Shown here: positions 15,938 to 26,218 of the stretch, in pieces
Layout: each line of letters starts with the position of its first letter
Position numbering within the stretch: position 1 is the first letter of the stretch
Source of the DNA: Promethearchaeati archaeon
Lineage (GTDB): Archaea; Asgardarchaeota; Heimdallarchaeia; Heimdallarchaeales; Heimdallarchaeaceae
Direction: 5' to 3'
Length of the DNA: 64,000 nucleotides
Assembly: GCA_013166775.1 (NCBI GenBank)
Contig: JABLTJ010000002.1
Location: 128,001-192,000, forward strand
Position numbers and translations under genes: made by a program
Notes under the pieces: generated by a model
Database searches by the model: none
The model's input: the letters and a program-made list of their open reading frames with translations, nothing else
What the model was told of the DNA's origin: nothing

Positions 15938-18203
15938 AAGAACAGAAACAGCGATTTTTTCTTCTAAATCGATTAATCACAAAGATAATAGAAAAAAGCA
16001 ACAGGTAATATAACGCTATAGGAGCAGATGAAACGTCAGTAGGGACTTCTGTAGGAACTTCAGTAGCATCTTCAGGAGCAAAATCTAACACAGGATATAA
16101 ATCAAAGGATTTAGCAGAACCAGCTATGAAATATCCCCTCTCACCTATCCAATCTGACCAGTAATTTCCTTTTTTAGTGGAAGAATCATACCAAAAATTT
16201 TGAGTTCCGTTGTCTTGTGCTTGGGAATTACCTTGCAGATTATTGTTTGTAAAATTATTAAAGAAAATAATATTTTTTCTAGAATTCGCATCTATTGCAA
16301 TTCCGAATTGGTTATTTTCTTCCAATAGATTTCTAGTAAAAAGGGAGCTATTGGTATTTTTCAAAACAATTCCATTTTCACTATTATTACTTATGATATT
16401 ATTGCTAAATGTACAGTCATATGAATCGTTTAAGTATATACCATCAACTAAGTTGTTATTCATTTCATTCTCGATTATAGAAATTCGATCTGAGTTTTTA
16501 AGCATTAACCCATTATTGTTATTATTACTAATGATATTATAGCTAAATGTGCAGGCATATGAGCTTCTTATGTATGCACCATTAATCAAGTTGTTTCTTA
16601 TTATATTCCCAAGTATAGAAGTTTGTCTTGAACTTATGATTGTTAACCCATTCTTACTATTATAACTCAACTTATTGCCTTGAATTTTACCATCTTTTGA
16701 ATCATAGTAAATACCATGATCTGTATTCCACTTACAGGTATTGTTTTCAACAATATTATTGTCACCCCACACATAAATACCTGTTTCAGAATTGAAATTG
16801 CATGTGTTATCAAATATAGTACAATATTCTGCGTTGTAACTCAATCTTATTCCTATAGAATTGTTGCTACAAATATTATTTCGTATTTTTAATCTACTTG
16901 AGATAGCACGAACAAAAATGCCTGTTGCAGAATTTATGCATATATTATTGTCAATATAGGATTGCTTTAGAGTTTCCACATATATTGCAGCTCCTGAAGT
17001 TGAGTTAAAGACATTATTCCTGATCTTAATCCTATCGCCCATCCCAACTAGAAGACCATTTGTACCAGGTTTGAAATAACAATTTTCTATTATACAATCA
17101 TCTGTATACTCAACTCTAAGTTTCTTTTTGGATGTAAATTCACAATTAGAGATTAAGCAGTTTTTAGAAGTATAAATCGTTAGTCCTTCACTAATTGAAC
17201 AGTTCGCTATTGTAATAGTATCAGATTTGGAAAAATCCAAATAATAATCTATAATTCCTTCAAGGAATATATTAGTACAAGTAAAAATCATAACTTGACC
17301 ATATTCTTGATCTAAAGTAATATTGTCTTGTTTATGATATACAACAAAAGGTTTTGAGTTAACTGTGTTATTGGCAAATGTGTAAGTTCCCATTAGGTTT
17401 ACATTCATTGGGGAAAATACAAATTTCGAAGACACTAAAGTATTGTTTACATATTCTGAATAAGGTGAATCAACAAAGCTTAATGAAGCTCCTTTCAGAT
17501 AATTATTTGATACAGTTGAATATGGACATGTTCCAATATATAATGCTATAATTGGATTAGATTCTAGATTATTATGTTTAAGAATCAAACTATCACCGGA
17601 TAATATTTCAATCCCTCTGTCATTCCCAGAGCAGTTATTATGTAACACCTTAGCATATGCAGACATACCTATTCGGATTCCTGCATTGTAAAAAGAGTCA
17701 CGATTACCATCACATAGGTTTTGTTCTACTATAATATTACTTGAATAGTCTATCCTAATTCCAGAATCACCATTATATGAGCAGTTATTCCCTCTAATAT
17801 TAATCGAATTAGATCCTGAAACAAAGATTCCATATCCATTTTCATAGCAAGTATTGTTTTCAAGTATTACAGTTCCTGATGCAGTTGATTCGATTAGAAT
17901 TCCCACACTAGGACAACCACTTATAGAACAATTTCTGATTATAAAATGCATTGTAGTGCTTTTAACATAAATTCCGTAATCAGCGCTTTCATTAATAATT
18001 ATGTTTTCCATGATATATGGATTTGTTTGAGTTCCATTGCCTGGAAAGCCATAAGTAACGAAATCATCATCTGAATTGATTACAATAGATGTTGATAAAT
18101 CTGCTACTACAAAATCACTTGACCTTAGAACACTAAACACTAACAAGAAGATAATTATTGATTTCAAGTATTTCTTGTTATTCGATTTTGCTCTAAATTT
18201 CAT
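15936..18203 (-). CDS. Large secreted right-handed beta-helix (NosD-like) surface protein
   Basis: Signal peptide, FPGNGTQTNPYIMEN, many PbH1 repeats, GNYWSDW, TEVP linker repeats, C-terminal TM + basic tail. Confidence 0.85.
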   Translation of the reverse strand: MKFRAKSNNKKYLKSIIIFLLVFSVLRSSDFVVADLSTSIVINSDDDFVTYGFPGNGTQTNPYIMENIIINESADYGIYVKSTTMHFIIRNCSISGCPSVGILIESTASGTVILENNTCYENGYGIFVSGSNSINIRGNNCSYNGDSGIRIDYSSNIIVEQNLCDGNRDSFYNAGIRIGMSAYAKVLHNNCSGNDRGIEILSGDSLILKHNNLESNPIIALYIGTCPYSTVSNNYLKGASLSFVDSPYSEYVNNTLVSSKFVFSPMNVNLMGTYTFANNTVNSKPFVVYHKQDNITLDQEYGQVMIFTCTNIFLEGIIDYYLDFSKSDTITIANCSISEGLTIYTSKNCLISNCEFTSKKKLRVEYTDDCIIENCYFKPGTNGLLVGMGDRIKIRNNVFNSTSGAAIYVETLKQSYIDNNICINSATGIFVRAISSRLKIRNNICSNNSIGIRLSYNAEYCTIFDNTCNFNSETGIYVWGDNNIVENNTCKWNTDHGIYYDSKDGKIQGNKLSYNSKNGLTIISSRQTSILGNIIRNNLINGAYIRSSYACTFSYNIISNNNNNGLMLKNSDRISIIENEMNNNLVDGIYLNDSYDCTFSNNIISNNSENGIVLKNTNSSLFTRNLLEENNQFGIAIDANSRKNIIFFNNFTNNNLQGNSQAQDNGTQNFWYDSSTKKGNYWSDWIGERGYFIAGSAKSFDLYPVLDFAPEDATEVPTEVPTDVSSAPIALYYLLLFSIIFVINRFRRKNRCFCS

Positions 18204-18295
18204 TAAATATTGTAGGATTGAATACTTATAAAGATTCGTCGAAAAAATGTTAAAAGATAAAAACGAGTTGAATGCCAGCCAACTATCTATATAAA

Positions 18296-19273
18296 CTAAG
18301 ATTTTACTTCCTTATTTTTCGTTTTAGTTTTTCTTTTAGGAAACCACGGAACCATAGCACTTGCTTCTTTCATAACCTGTTTGTAATTAGGTCTTCTTTC
18401 AAGGGAACGTACATCCATGAGCCATGAACTGAAACGAAAGAAAACAGCCATTAATGCAGGTCCAACAAAAACAAGAACTGGAGATGTTTTATGTAAACCG
18501 GCAGAGATACCGAAGAACATCATGGATACCCAGAATAAAACCTCCCCAAAATAATTTGGATGTCGAGAATATTTCCAGAGACCACCGCGAAATATACCTC
18601 CTTTCTTATATTCTTCTGTTGAGCGAAATTTTTGCAATTGTCTATCTGCAAAATACAGAATAAGAACGGCAGAGAGAGCTGTAATAATGCCCAATGCATC
18701 AAAGACAGAAAAGGAGGCCTGTTCTCCTGCTGGAATATTAAGAACAAGAATACCAGGAGCAAATGCAAAGAAAACAAGGATTGTAGGGAACAGATGCATA
18801 CCGAGAAGAGAATTCAACCAGTATGGAACTGAAAAATCACGCATTTTCTCATATCGCCAGTCTTCATGAACTAATCCTGTACGCCATCCAGTCCACCTGT
18901 AGAAAATATGATATCGAGCTGACCATACAAAGAGACATACAACAATTATGATATGTCTAAAGGACCAGGGGCTTGTAAGTCCTCCACTGAATATTACTCC
19001 TAAAGCTAGCAGGGGAGGTGCAATGACCCAATAAGGATCATAGATTGATGAATTCTTATTAGCGATTGAAAATATCCATATAACTGTAGTAGCTACACAG
19101 TCAACTATTAAGACAGTGTACAAATTATTGGAAACCAGATTATACCGTTGGAATAACCACCAAGTTAGTATACCAATAGAGAGAGCGGAGATATATGCAG
19201 CATAGCAAGCAATTGCAGAAACAATCCTTTCCGGAGGTGGCATCAAACCACGATTTTCCTCTGATGAAACCAT
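18296..19273 (-). CDS. DUF1295 / steroid 5-alpha-reductase-like membrane protein
   Basis: NSSIYDPYW, EDWRY, ADRQL, GLWKYSRHPNYFGEVLFW. Confidence 0.9.
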   Translation of the reverse strand: MVSSEENRGLMPPPERIVSAIACYAAYISALSIGILTWWLFQRYNLVSNNLYTVLIVDCVATTVIWIFSIANKNSSIYDPYWVIAPPLLALGVIFSGGLTSPWSFRHIIIVVCLFVWSARYHIFYRWTGWRTGLVHEDWRYEKMRDFSVPYWLNSLLGMHLFPTILVFFAFAPGILVLNIPAGEQASFSVFDALGIITALSAVLILYFADRQLQKFRSTEEYKKGGIFRGGLWKYSRHPNYFGEVLFWVSMMFFGISAGLHKTSPVLVFVGPALMAVFFRFSSWLMDVRSLERRPNYKQVMKEASAMVPWFPKRKTKTKNKEVKS

Positions 19274-19429
19274 ATAGAAATTCTCCTATAAGTGCTTTAT
19301 ATAAAATTTAAGCCATTAAAATCTGTTAATGTTTGGAATAGTAAATACAAAATTTTGGAAATATATTAAATCTCTTTTTAGACATCATGCTGAATAATGT
19401 TTTTATCTCATAATTTTATTAGCAAAGCA

Positions 19430-20290
19430 ATGATAATTCCAATTGATGGATTAAAACCGTCTAAACAAGTACTAGAGGAGTTTGGTATTCTAGATAAAGC
19501 AGAGCTTTTACCAGGTGGACTCAGTAGAGCATTTCTAGCGGGGAATATTGTTGTGAAGTATTCCCCTGAGGATACTGAGGAAGAAGTGGTTTGGTTAGCA
19601 ACTATGTTAGATAATATTAGAAGAGAAGATTTCAGAGTTCAAAAGTTTATCAAATCAAAAAAAGGTAGATATCTTGTTGACGGATGGGTAGCCTATGAAT
19701 TTTTAGCTGGAGATTTCCGCAAAGATATAGAACATTTAAAACTAAAAAAAGAGGTACTTAGATCATTTCACGAAGCAATAAAAAATGAATCACTCCCTCC
19801 GAATTACAACTTCGAAAGAACAGATCCTTGGGGAGTAGCAGAGGATATGGTTTGGGGAGAGAGACCTATTGAATGTCACAAACGGATAATGAAAGAGATC
19901 GAAGTTCTAGTGGACTTTCTTGAACCTTTAGAGCTCCCTAGACAATTGATTCAAGGAGATCCTGGTCACGTACTCTTCTCTGATGAAGAACCTCCAGCTT
20001 TAATCGATTTATCTTGGCATTACCGACCAGCTGATTTCTCTTTAGTGGTGCTTGCAGCTGATGCTCTTTGTTGTTGGTGTGGGGATGAGTGTAATTGTCT
20101 TAATGCTGATGAGGTTTACAAAATCTTTGAAGATGTTGAGCATTTTGATCAGTTGTTGCTAAAAGCAGTACTGAGGAGAGTGTTGGAAGTAGAAGGTCAT
20201 CTTAAATTCGACATAAATTATCTTGATATGCTAGATGGACTTAAACCAGCTATTGATTTTGTTTCTAACTTGTTTTCTCGAAAGACTTAA
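19430..20290 (+). CDS. Aminoglycoside-phosphotransferase-like kinase (TIGR02569-like)
   Basis: LLPGG, VVK, VDGWVA, DPWGVAEDMVWGE, QLIQGD, PPALID; ATG 19430 preferred over 19397. Confidence 0.7.
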   Translation: MIIPIDGLKPSKQVLEEFGILDKAELLPGGLSRAFLAGNIVVKYSPEDTEEEVVWLATMLDNIRREDFRVQKFIKSKKGRYLVDGWVAYEFLAGDFRKDIEHLKLKKEVLRSFHEAIKNESLPPNYNFERTDPWGVAEDMVWGERPIECHKRIMKEIEVLVDFLEPLELPRQLIQGDPGHVLFSDEEPPALIDLSWHYRPADFSLVVLAADALCCWCGDECNCLNADEVYKIFEDVEHFDQLLLKAVLRRVLEVEGHLKFDINYLDMLDGLKPAIDFVSNLFSRKT

Positions 20291-20335
20291 GGCTAAGAGT
20301 TAAATAAGAATATTATTTTTTTTAATTGATATTGA

Positions 20336-21217
20336 ATGCAAGTTACTTTAACAAACATAGTTGACAATACAGTTAGAATAAAAGACGATTATATTCCAAC
20401 TAGTGGATTATCCTATTTATTAGAAATAGAAGGTAGAAAGATTTTATTCGACGCAGGGGACAATGGTAATGTTTTGATACATCACATGAAACTCCTGGAT
20501 ATAGATCCTAATGAAATCGAATTACTTATTTTAAGTCATGGTCATTGGGATCATACTCATGGTTTGAGAGCATTGATGTATCAAAGAGATACCAAAAAGA
20601 AGCTTAAGATTATTGCTCATCCTCATTCTTTTCGCAAAAGAAGAGTAGCTAAATTCTTACTAATCCTACCTGCATTGATAAAATATCGAATGTACAACTA
20701 TGGTTTTCCTAGATTGCCTAAGGAACTTCAAGAAATGCTTATTCTTGAACCTACTGTTGAACCTTATGAAGTTACACCCTTCCTGAAAACCACTGGAGAA
20801 ATTTCTGATAGAAAGGAGAAAACTTCTACAATTGACAAGCTGAAAATAAAAGAAGGAAGACGATTTATCAAAGATTCTCAATTAGATGATCTTTCCCTAG
20901 TTCTAAAAACTAAAGAGGGTGTTGTCCTAATACTTGGATGTGGTCATTCTGGTGTTTTGAACATTTGTGCTAGAGCTAAGGGATTTTATCCAAACGACAA
21001 GATTGTTTCTATTATCGGGGGTACTCATCTTGTTGCCCTAAAAACAGAATCTGAATTGGAATATGTAGCTAAGATACTTGAAGAAAAGTATGACAAACCT
21101 TTACTCTATTTCAGTCATTGTACAGGAAAGATTGCTTTGAAGTTCTTTGAAAAACGTTTTGGAAAAGAAACAGTTAAATCCTTTATGGTTGGAGATAAAT
21201 TAACTTTTGATTGCTAA
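20336..21217 (+). CDS. MBL-fold metallo-hydrolase
   Basis: ILFDAG, LSHGHWDHTHG, GCGHSG, GGTHL, SHCTG. Confidence 0.9.
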   Translation: MQVTLTNIVDNTVRIKDDYIPTSGLSYLLEIEGRKILFDAGDNGNVLIHHMKLLDIDPNEIELLILSHGHWDHTHGLRALMYQRDTKKKLKIIAHPHSFRKRRVAKFLLILPALIKYRMYNYGFPRLPKELQEMLILEPTVEPYEVTPFLKTTGEISDRKEKTSTIDKLKIKEGRRFIKDSQLDDLSLVLKTKEGVVLILGCGHSGVLNICARAKGFYPNDKIVSIIGGTHLVALKTESELEYVAKILEEKYDKPLLYFSHCTGKIALKFFEKRFGKETVKSFMVGDKLTFDC

Positions 21218-21272
21218 AAAAACATCTTCATAGAAAACGATATATAAAAAGACAACTCACTTTCGCTGAATT

Positions 21273-22214
21273 ATGTCAATTGCGAAAACTCAAATTGATC
21301 CAGAGAAGGTAAGAATTTTCTTAGATAAGAAATTTGATTTCAAAGTTGACAATTTAGAATTCCTAAGAGGTGGGGAATTTTCACAAGCGTTTTCTTATGA
21401 TACTCGAGGTCAGAGTCATGTTATTAAAATACGAAATACAAGAAAGCAATTTGAAAAAGAATTAAGGGCTTATGAGAGTATCAGAGAAAAAGATAATACT
21501 ATTCCTATTCCAAGGATATTTGATATAGGATTATTTCAAGAAAACGAAAATAATAAATTATATTATTGTATAAGTGAGAAAGTTGAGGGTAAGATTCTCA
21601 CAGATTACAGATATTCAGAACTGAAAATCATTGATTCATTTGTAATAAGAATGTTAATCAAGATTCACAAAGTGGATATCTCAGACACAAAGAATTTTGG
21701 TAGCTGGAGTAAGTTTGAACAGACTTCTTACAAATCATGGAAAAATTACATCTTGGATTTTATTAATGGTCAGAAAGTGTATTGGAATAAAATCTACTCT
21801 AATGGTATTTTTGAAAAAGAGCTCCATCAAACTCTTTCCAAAGAAATCGAAGAATTACTTGAGTATAGCTCTGAAAAACGATATCTTGTGCATGGTGATT
21901 ATGGTTATGACAATGTTCTAGCGATACCGAGTGGAGAGATAACTGGTGTTATTGACTGGGAAAATTCTATGTTTGGTGATTTTGTTTACGATATTGCTTG
22001 GCTTGATTTCTGGGGTTTTGTGCAAGAGAATAATTATTATAAGATTTACAAAAGAATCTATGAGAAAATTTACGAGGATAAAATCATTAACTACAATGAA
22101 AGGATAAGATGTTATAGACTCTATATAGGCTTAGGAGCACTAGCATTTTTTAGTGATTTATCCCAAAAGAAAAAATATCTCTCAGCTAAAGAAAGGGTTG
22201 AGAAACTGATTTAG
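21273..22214 (+). CDS. Aminoglycoside phosphotransferase (APH)-family kinase
   Basis: GGEFSQAF, IPIPRI, LVHGDYGYDNVL, GVIDWENSMFGD. Confidence 0.85.
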   Translation: MSIAKTQIDPEKVRIFLDKKFDFKVDNLEFLRGGEFSQAFSYDTRGQSHVIKIRNTRKQFEKELRAYESIREKDNTIPIPRIFDIGLFQENENNKLYYCISEKVEGKILTDYRYSELKIIDSFVIRMLIKIHKVDISDTKNFGSWSKFEQTSYKSWKNYILDFINGQKVYWNKIYSNGIFEKELHQTLSKEIEELLEYSSEKRYLVHGDYGYDNVLAIPSGEITGVIDWENSMFGDFVYDIAWLDFWGFVQENNYYKIYKRIYEKIYEDKIINYNERIRCYRLYIGLGALAFFSDLSQKKKYLSAKERVEKLI

Positions 22215-22245
22215 TTAACAAGCAGCAGTATTGAGGAAAAACCCT

Positions 22246-22781
22246 ATGTCAAAGAAACAAAAGATGGGAACTTATGAGCATTTATGTATCTTGATTATCG
22301 GACAAGATACTTGGAATGAGCAAGATAAACAATCGGTTCGAGATATTTCATTATCAGAGAGAAAGAAGTATGTGGATTATGACTATCATTTTTATCATAA
22401 ATTAACTTATAGAGATAAAAAACCTGAATATGGTGATTGTTGTTATGCAATCAAATTTTTATTCTTTTCAGTAATCTAAAAGGGAATAGAGATAGTCTGC
22501 TTTACCAGGGGCATCACTATCTAGAACCTGATGATGTTAAGGATATTCTAGAATATTCCGAACTAATTCTTGCTCATAGTAAAGTGAAAAAAATGTATGT
22601 CTTATACTTAGATTCATTTAAAGATTTCAAACGAGAAGTACTCAATAGTCTCAATATTGATGGATTTAAAGAACTTATTACTGAAAAAAGTTTTACTCTA
22701 AAAGAATTCAAAACAACTCTTCGAAATCACGAATTTAAGGAAAGAATCCTTTATGAGATATTAAGAGAAAAATATTACTGA
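22246..22781 (+). pseudogene. Hypothetical gene split into two overlapping ORFs by a -1 frameshift near 22450-22479
   Basis: ORF 22246-22479 and the -1 frame ORF 22437-22781 overlap across AAATTTTTATTCTTTTC; the second ORF lacks a convincing start or SD. Confidence 0.45.
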
Positions 22782-22854
22782 AGAGGGAAAGTCTAATTAA
22801 TCTAATTACTTACAGACTTCTAGAAACAAAATCACAGCAAGATAGTGAATCAAA

Positions 22855-23493
22855 ATGACTTTCACAGAAGAGTGCAAGGAAGCAATTTTAAGAGGGAACA
22901 TTGATCAAGCAGCAGTTCTTGCTCAAAAAGTTTTAGATGAAAAATTAGATATTAACGATGCGATTGATGCATTCTCATTAGCTATACGAGAGGCAGGAGA
23001 TCTATTTGAAGAAGGAGAATTCTTCTTACCTGAACTGATGCGTAGTGCAGAAGCGATGAAAGCTGCAATGACAATCTTTGAACCAGTTCTCAAAGAAGGA
23101 AAAGAAGAAAGAATTCTAGGGAAAGTTGTTATTGGAACAATCGAAGGAGACATTCATGATATTGGTAAAACCCTCGTTGCTGCTATGCTTTCAGCAGAAG
23201 GTTTTGTAGTACATGACTTAGGAGCAGACGTTCCTGTCTCAACTTTCATTGAAAAGGCTCTTGAAGTCAATGCTAATTTAATCTGTATCTCAGCCTTATT
23301 GACAACTACAATGGTAGGTCAGAAGAAATTAATTGATAGTTTGAAAGAGAAAAATCTTAGGGATCGCTTCAAGGTTCTAATTGGAGGTGCTCCTGTTTCA
23401 AAACAATGGGTAGAAGAAATAGGTGCAGATGGTTCTGCGGAAAACGCAGTTAGTGCTGTAAAACTTGCAAAAAAATTAATAGAATCCAAGTAG
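22855..23493 (+). CDS. Corrinoid (B12-binding) methyltransferase protein (MttC/MetH cap + B12 domain)
   Basis: FFLPELMRSAEAM cap; GDIHDIGK (DxHxxG); SALLTTT; GGAP. Confidence 0.93.
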   Translation: MTFTEECKEAILRGNIDQAAVLAQKVLDEKLDINDAIDAFSLAIREAGDLFEEGEFFLPELMRSAEAMKAAMTIFEPVLKEGKEERILGKVVIGTIEGDIHDIGKTLVAAMLSAEGFVVHDLGADVPVSTFIEKALEVNANLICISALLTTTMVGQKKLIDSLKEKNLRDRFKVLIGGAPVSKQWVEEIGADGSAENAVSAVKLAKKLIESK

Positions 23494-23502
23494 GTGTTTC
23501 CG

Positions 23503-24387
23503 ATGGGAGATAAAAAACCAATACTCGATTTACTTCAAGAAGAATTAATAATTCTTGATGGAGCGATGGGATCATTGCTAATCGATCAAGGTTTACCAGC
23601 AGGTGCTCCTCCAGAAATCTGGAATGTCTCAAACCCAGATAAAATCAAGAAAATTCATCAGAAGTATTTTGATGCTGGATCTAATGTTGTACTAACTAAC
23701 ACCTTTGGTGGCTCTGGTTTAAAACTAGCTGCATACAAACGCGAAAATAGTATTGAAGAATATAATCGGAAAGCAGTAGAAATTGCAATAGAATCTTGCC
23801 CAGAGAACGGTTATATAGCAGGAGATATCGGTCCTTCTGGTACATTTTTACTACCTGTAGGTGATATAACTACAATTGATTTTGAATCAAATTATCAAGA
23901 GCAAATGCAAATCTTAGCTGATGCGGGAGTAGACTTGTTTTTTATTGAAACAATGGTAGATCTACAAGAAGCTGAAGCAGCTGTTAAGTCAGTAAAGAGC
24001 GTTTCTAAACTACCTGTTTTTGTTTCCATGACCTATAAAAAGACGAAAAGAGGTTTCTTTACAATCATGGGAAACTCGATAGAACAATGTGTTGCTTCTC
24101 TACAGAAGTTAGGGGTGGATGCAATTGGAGCTAATTGTACTATTGGAAGTGATGATATGATAGAGTTAATCAAGGAACTAAACTTGTTAACAGAACTACC
24201 CATCATTGCAAAGCCTAATGCTGGACAACCTCAATTAATCAAAGGTGAAACAGTATATCCCACCACTTCAAAGGACTTCGCTAAAGACATTTCACAGATA
24301 GTAAAAAATAATGCTAGAATTGTTGGTGGTTGTTGTGGAACTGATCCTGGATTCATTGAGAAAATTGTTCAAAAAATAAAGAGGTAA
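23503..24387 (+). CDS. Homocysteine S-methyltransferase domain protein (stand-alone MetH N-terminal module)
   Basis: LDGAMGS, TNTFG, GDIGPSG, IETM, GANC, KPNAGQP, GGCCGT Zn ligands. Confidence 0.93.
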   Translation: MGDKKPILDLLQEELIILDGAMGSLLIDQGLPAGAPPEIWNVSNPDKIKKIHQKYFDAGSNVVLTNTFGGSGLKLAAYKRENSIEEYNRKAVEIAIESCPENGYIAGDIGPSGTFLLPVGDITTIDFESNYQEQMQILADAGVDLFFIETMVDLQEAEAAVKSVKSVSKLPVFVSMTYKKTKRGFFTIMGNSIEQCVASLQKLGVDAIGANCTIGSDDMIELIKELNLLTELPIIAKPNAGQPQLIKGETVYPTTSKDFAKDISQIVKNNARIVGGCCGTDPGFIEKIVQKIKR

Positions 24388-24391
24388 TTCA

Positions 24392-25036
24392 ATGAGATTT
24401 CTAGAAGATATCAAGATAACTCTTGAAGATGATGAAATCATCAGATTATTAAGAAGCAAGAATTCAATGAAGAAATCACCACCCAAAAAAATGCTTGATG
24501 ATGTAAAAAGTATGAAAGAAATAGCTCTCGAATTAATACACCCTAGAGGTGTTTTCGAGTTTTTCGACAGTAAAGAGTTGAAACCTAGATTTCTTTTTAG
24601 TAAAGCTGAAAAAACTGTTTTTGCAGTTTGTACTATCGGAAGAGAATTAGAAGAAAAGGTTTCAAGAACTATAAATGGCGGAGGATTGGCTGAAGGAGTT
24701 ATATTGGATGCAATTGCTTCTCACGCAGCAGAAGAGACAGCAGCGATAGTAAATCAGAAAATCTTAGAAGAAATTGAGAATGAGTTTAAAGATAAGGAAG
24801 CAACTTGTAGGTTTAGTCCTGGTTATTGTCAATGGAATCTGGAGGAAGGACAACAACTAATCTTTCAATTATTACCTACAGAAGTAGTTGATGTTACATT
24901 AAGTGTATCAATGATGATGAAACCAATAAAATCTGTTTCTTTTGCAATTAACATCGGAGAAGAGATCGATAAAGAGCTTGGAATAAGAAGCTGTGAAACT
25001 TGCGATTTAGTTAATTGTGCTTACAGAAGAGAGTAA
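24392..25036 (+). CDS. Methionine synthase AdoMet reactivation-domain protein
   Basis: VCTIG, LDAIAS..AE, RFSPGYCQW, MMKPIKSVS; C-terminal CETC..NCAYR. Confidence 0.88.
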   Translation: MRFLEDIKITLEDDEIIRLLRSKNSMKKSPPKKMLDDVKSMKEIALELIHPRGVFEFFDSKELKPRFLFSKAEKTVFAVCTIGRELEEKVSRTINGGGLAEGVILDAIASHAAEETAAIVNQKILEEIENEFKDKEATCRFSPGYCQWNLEEGQQLIFQLLPTEVVDVTLSVSMMMKPIKSVSFAINIGEEIDKELGIRSCETCDLVNCAYRRE

Positions 25037-25043
25037 AGCTGAT

Positions 25044-26096
25044 TTAAATTATTCTAATACCTTCAAAGTGTTTCAAAACGACTAATGCTTGTAAGGTTAT
25101 CCACTTACTTGGTTTCTTATAAGACTCAATTTGAGTGTACATTGGTGAATTATACTGTTTTTCTTTAATCCATGTTCCTTCAACATTTTTCGTTTTTATT
25201 AACTCGAGAGCTGAGCTCAATTCTTCTGTATATTCAAGGTTTATGGAAACTAAAGAACTCATTGCATCAAGTACATCAGAATTATAGTTAAGAGGAAAAC
25301 CGAATTTTGTCCACCCAGCTTTTGCAATATTTTTCATTGCAGGATATTTGTTCTTGAACTTTCTTCTTTCATCTTCCAAATCACTACCTTTCAATTTTCT
25401 TTCTTGTATTATTTTCATCCAATCTCTATTCCTATCTGGAACATATTTGTAGATTTGATTCTTAAGAAGAATTTTGATACAATAGTCTATCCCTTTTTGA
25501 ATTCTAGATGTTCGATCTTTCACAGGTATCGCACCGAATACATGCAGAATCTTTGGAATCGTCATATAACATCCTTCAATTAAACTCAATGTTCTGCAAC
25601 GAATGTATCCATCATTATCTACAAAAGTTGATAGTAGATACTCCAAAGCTCTTTTTGTTCTTTCATCTTCCCAGTAATTAAAAAATAACAATGCTCTAAG
25701 GATATTTGAAGTCAAGCAGGTGATTACTCCACTGTTAGTCCCAAACACCGAAAATCCACCATTAGGAGCTTGCCCTGTAGAAAAGAGATGTTCAACAGCA
25801 TTCTCAATCTGATTGTTTTTCAATGAATTTAGTTCGTAAAGAAAGAAAATTTGCCAAAAAGTCCCCAGATATTTCTTATAATTCTTGTCTTTTCCTTTTT
25901 CAAACCAATAAGTATTCTCTTTTTGGTTTTTCAAAATTGTTTGAATTGGTTGATATGTATTTATCTTACTTTTTGTTTCTTGAACCTCAGAATTTTGTTC
26001 ATTCAATACCAATATTTTGGTTTGTGTAAGATATTTTACTGGAGGATTGTTTTCTTCTAATAACCAGTCTATAATTCCCTGATTAACTTCATACAT
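25044..26096 (-). CDS. Hypothetical alpha/alpha-toroid (prenyltransferase-like) protein
   Basis: WLLEENNPPVKY, QAPNGGF, FGFPLNYNSDVL, PSKWITL pattern of a widespread uncharacterised family. Confidence 0.65.
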   Translation of the reverse strand: MYEVNQGIIDWLLEENNPPVKYLTQTKILVLNEQNSEVQETKSKINTYQPIQTILKNQKENTYWFEKGKDKNYKKYLGTFWQIFFLYELNSLKNNQIENAVEHLFSTGQAPNGGFSVFGTNSGVITCLTSNILRALLFFNYWEDERTKRALEYLLSTFVDNDGYIRCRTLSLIEGCYMTIPKILHVFGAIPVKDRTSRIQKGIDYCIKILLKNQIYKYVPDRNRDWMKIIQERKLKGSDLEDERRKFKNKYPAMKNIAKAGWTKFGFPLNYNSDVLDAMSSLVSINLEYTEELSSALELIKTKNVEGTWIKEKQYNSPMYTQIESYKKPSKWITLQALVVLKHFEGIRII

Positions 26097-26218
26097 GTTT
26101 CTATCAATTTTACATCTATCATGTCTCTATTAAAATTAATCTACTAGTTTTTTCAAAAAAGATTTTATAAGTAAAATGCGATATTCAAATGACTTATCTA
26201 AGTTAATGTGATATATAT

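Noticed and set aside
16030-16075. 12-bp tandem repeats
   Set aside because: Encode the TEVP linker of a surface protein; not a CRISPR or iteron array.
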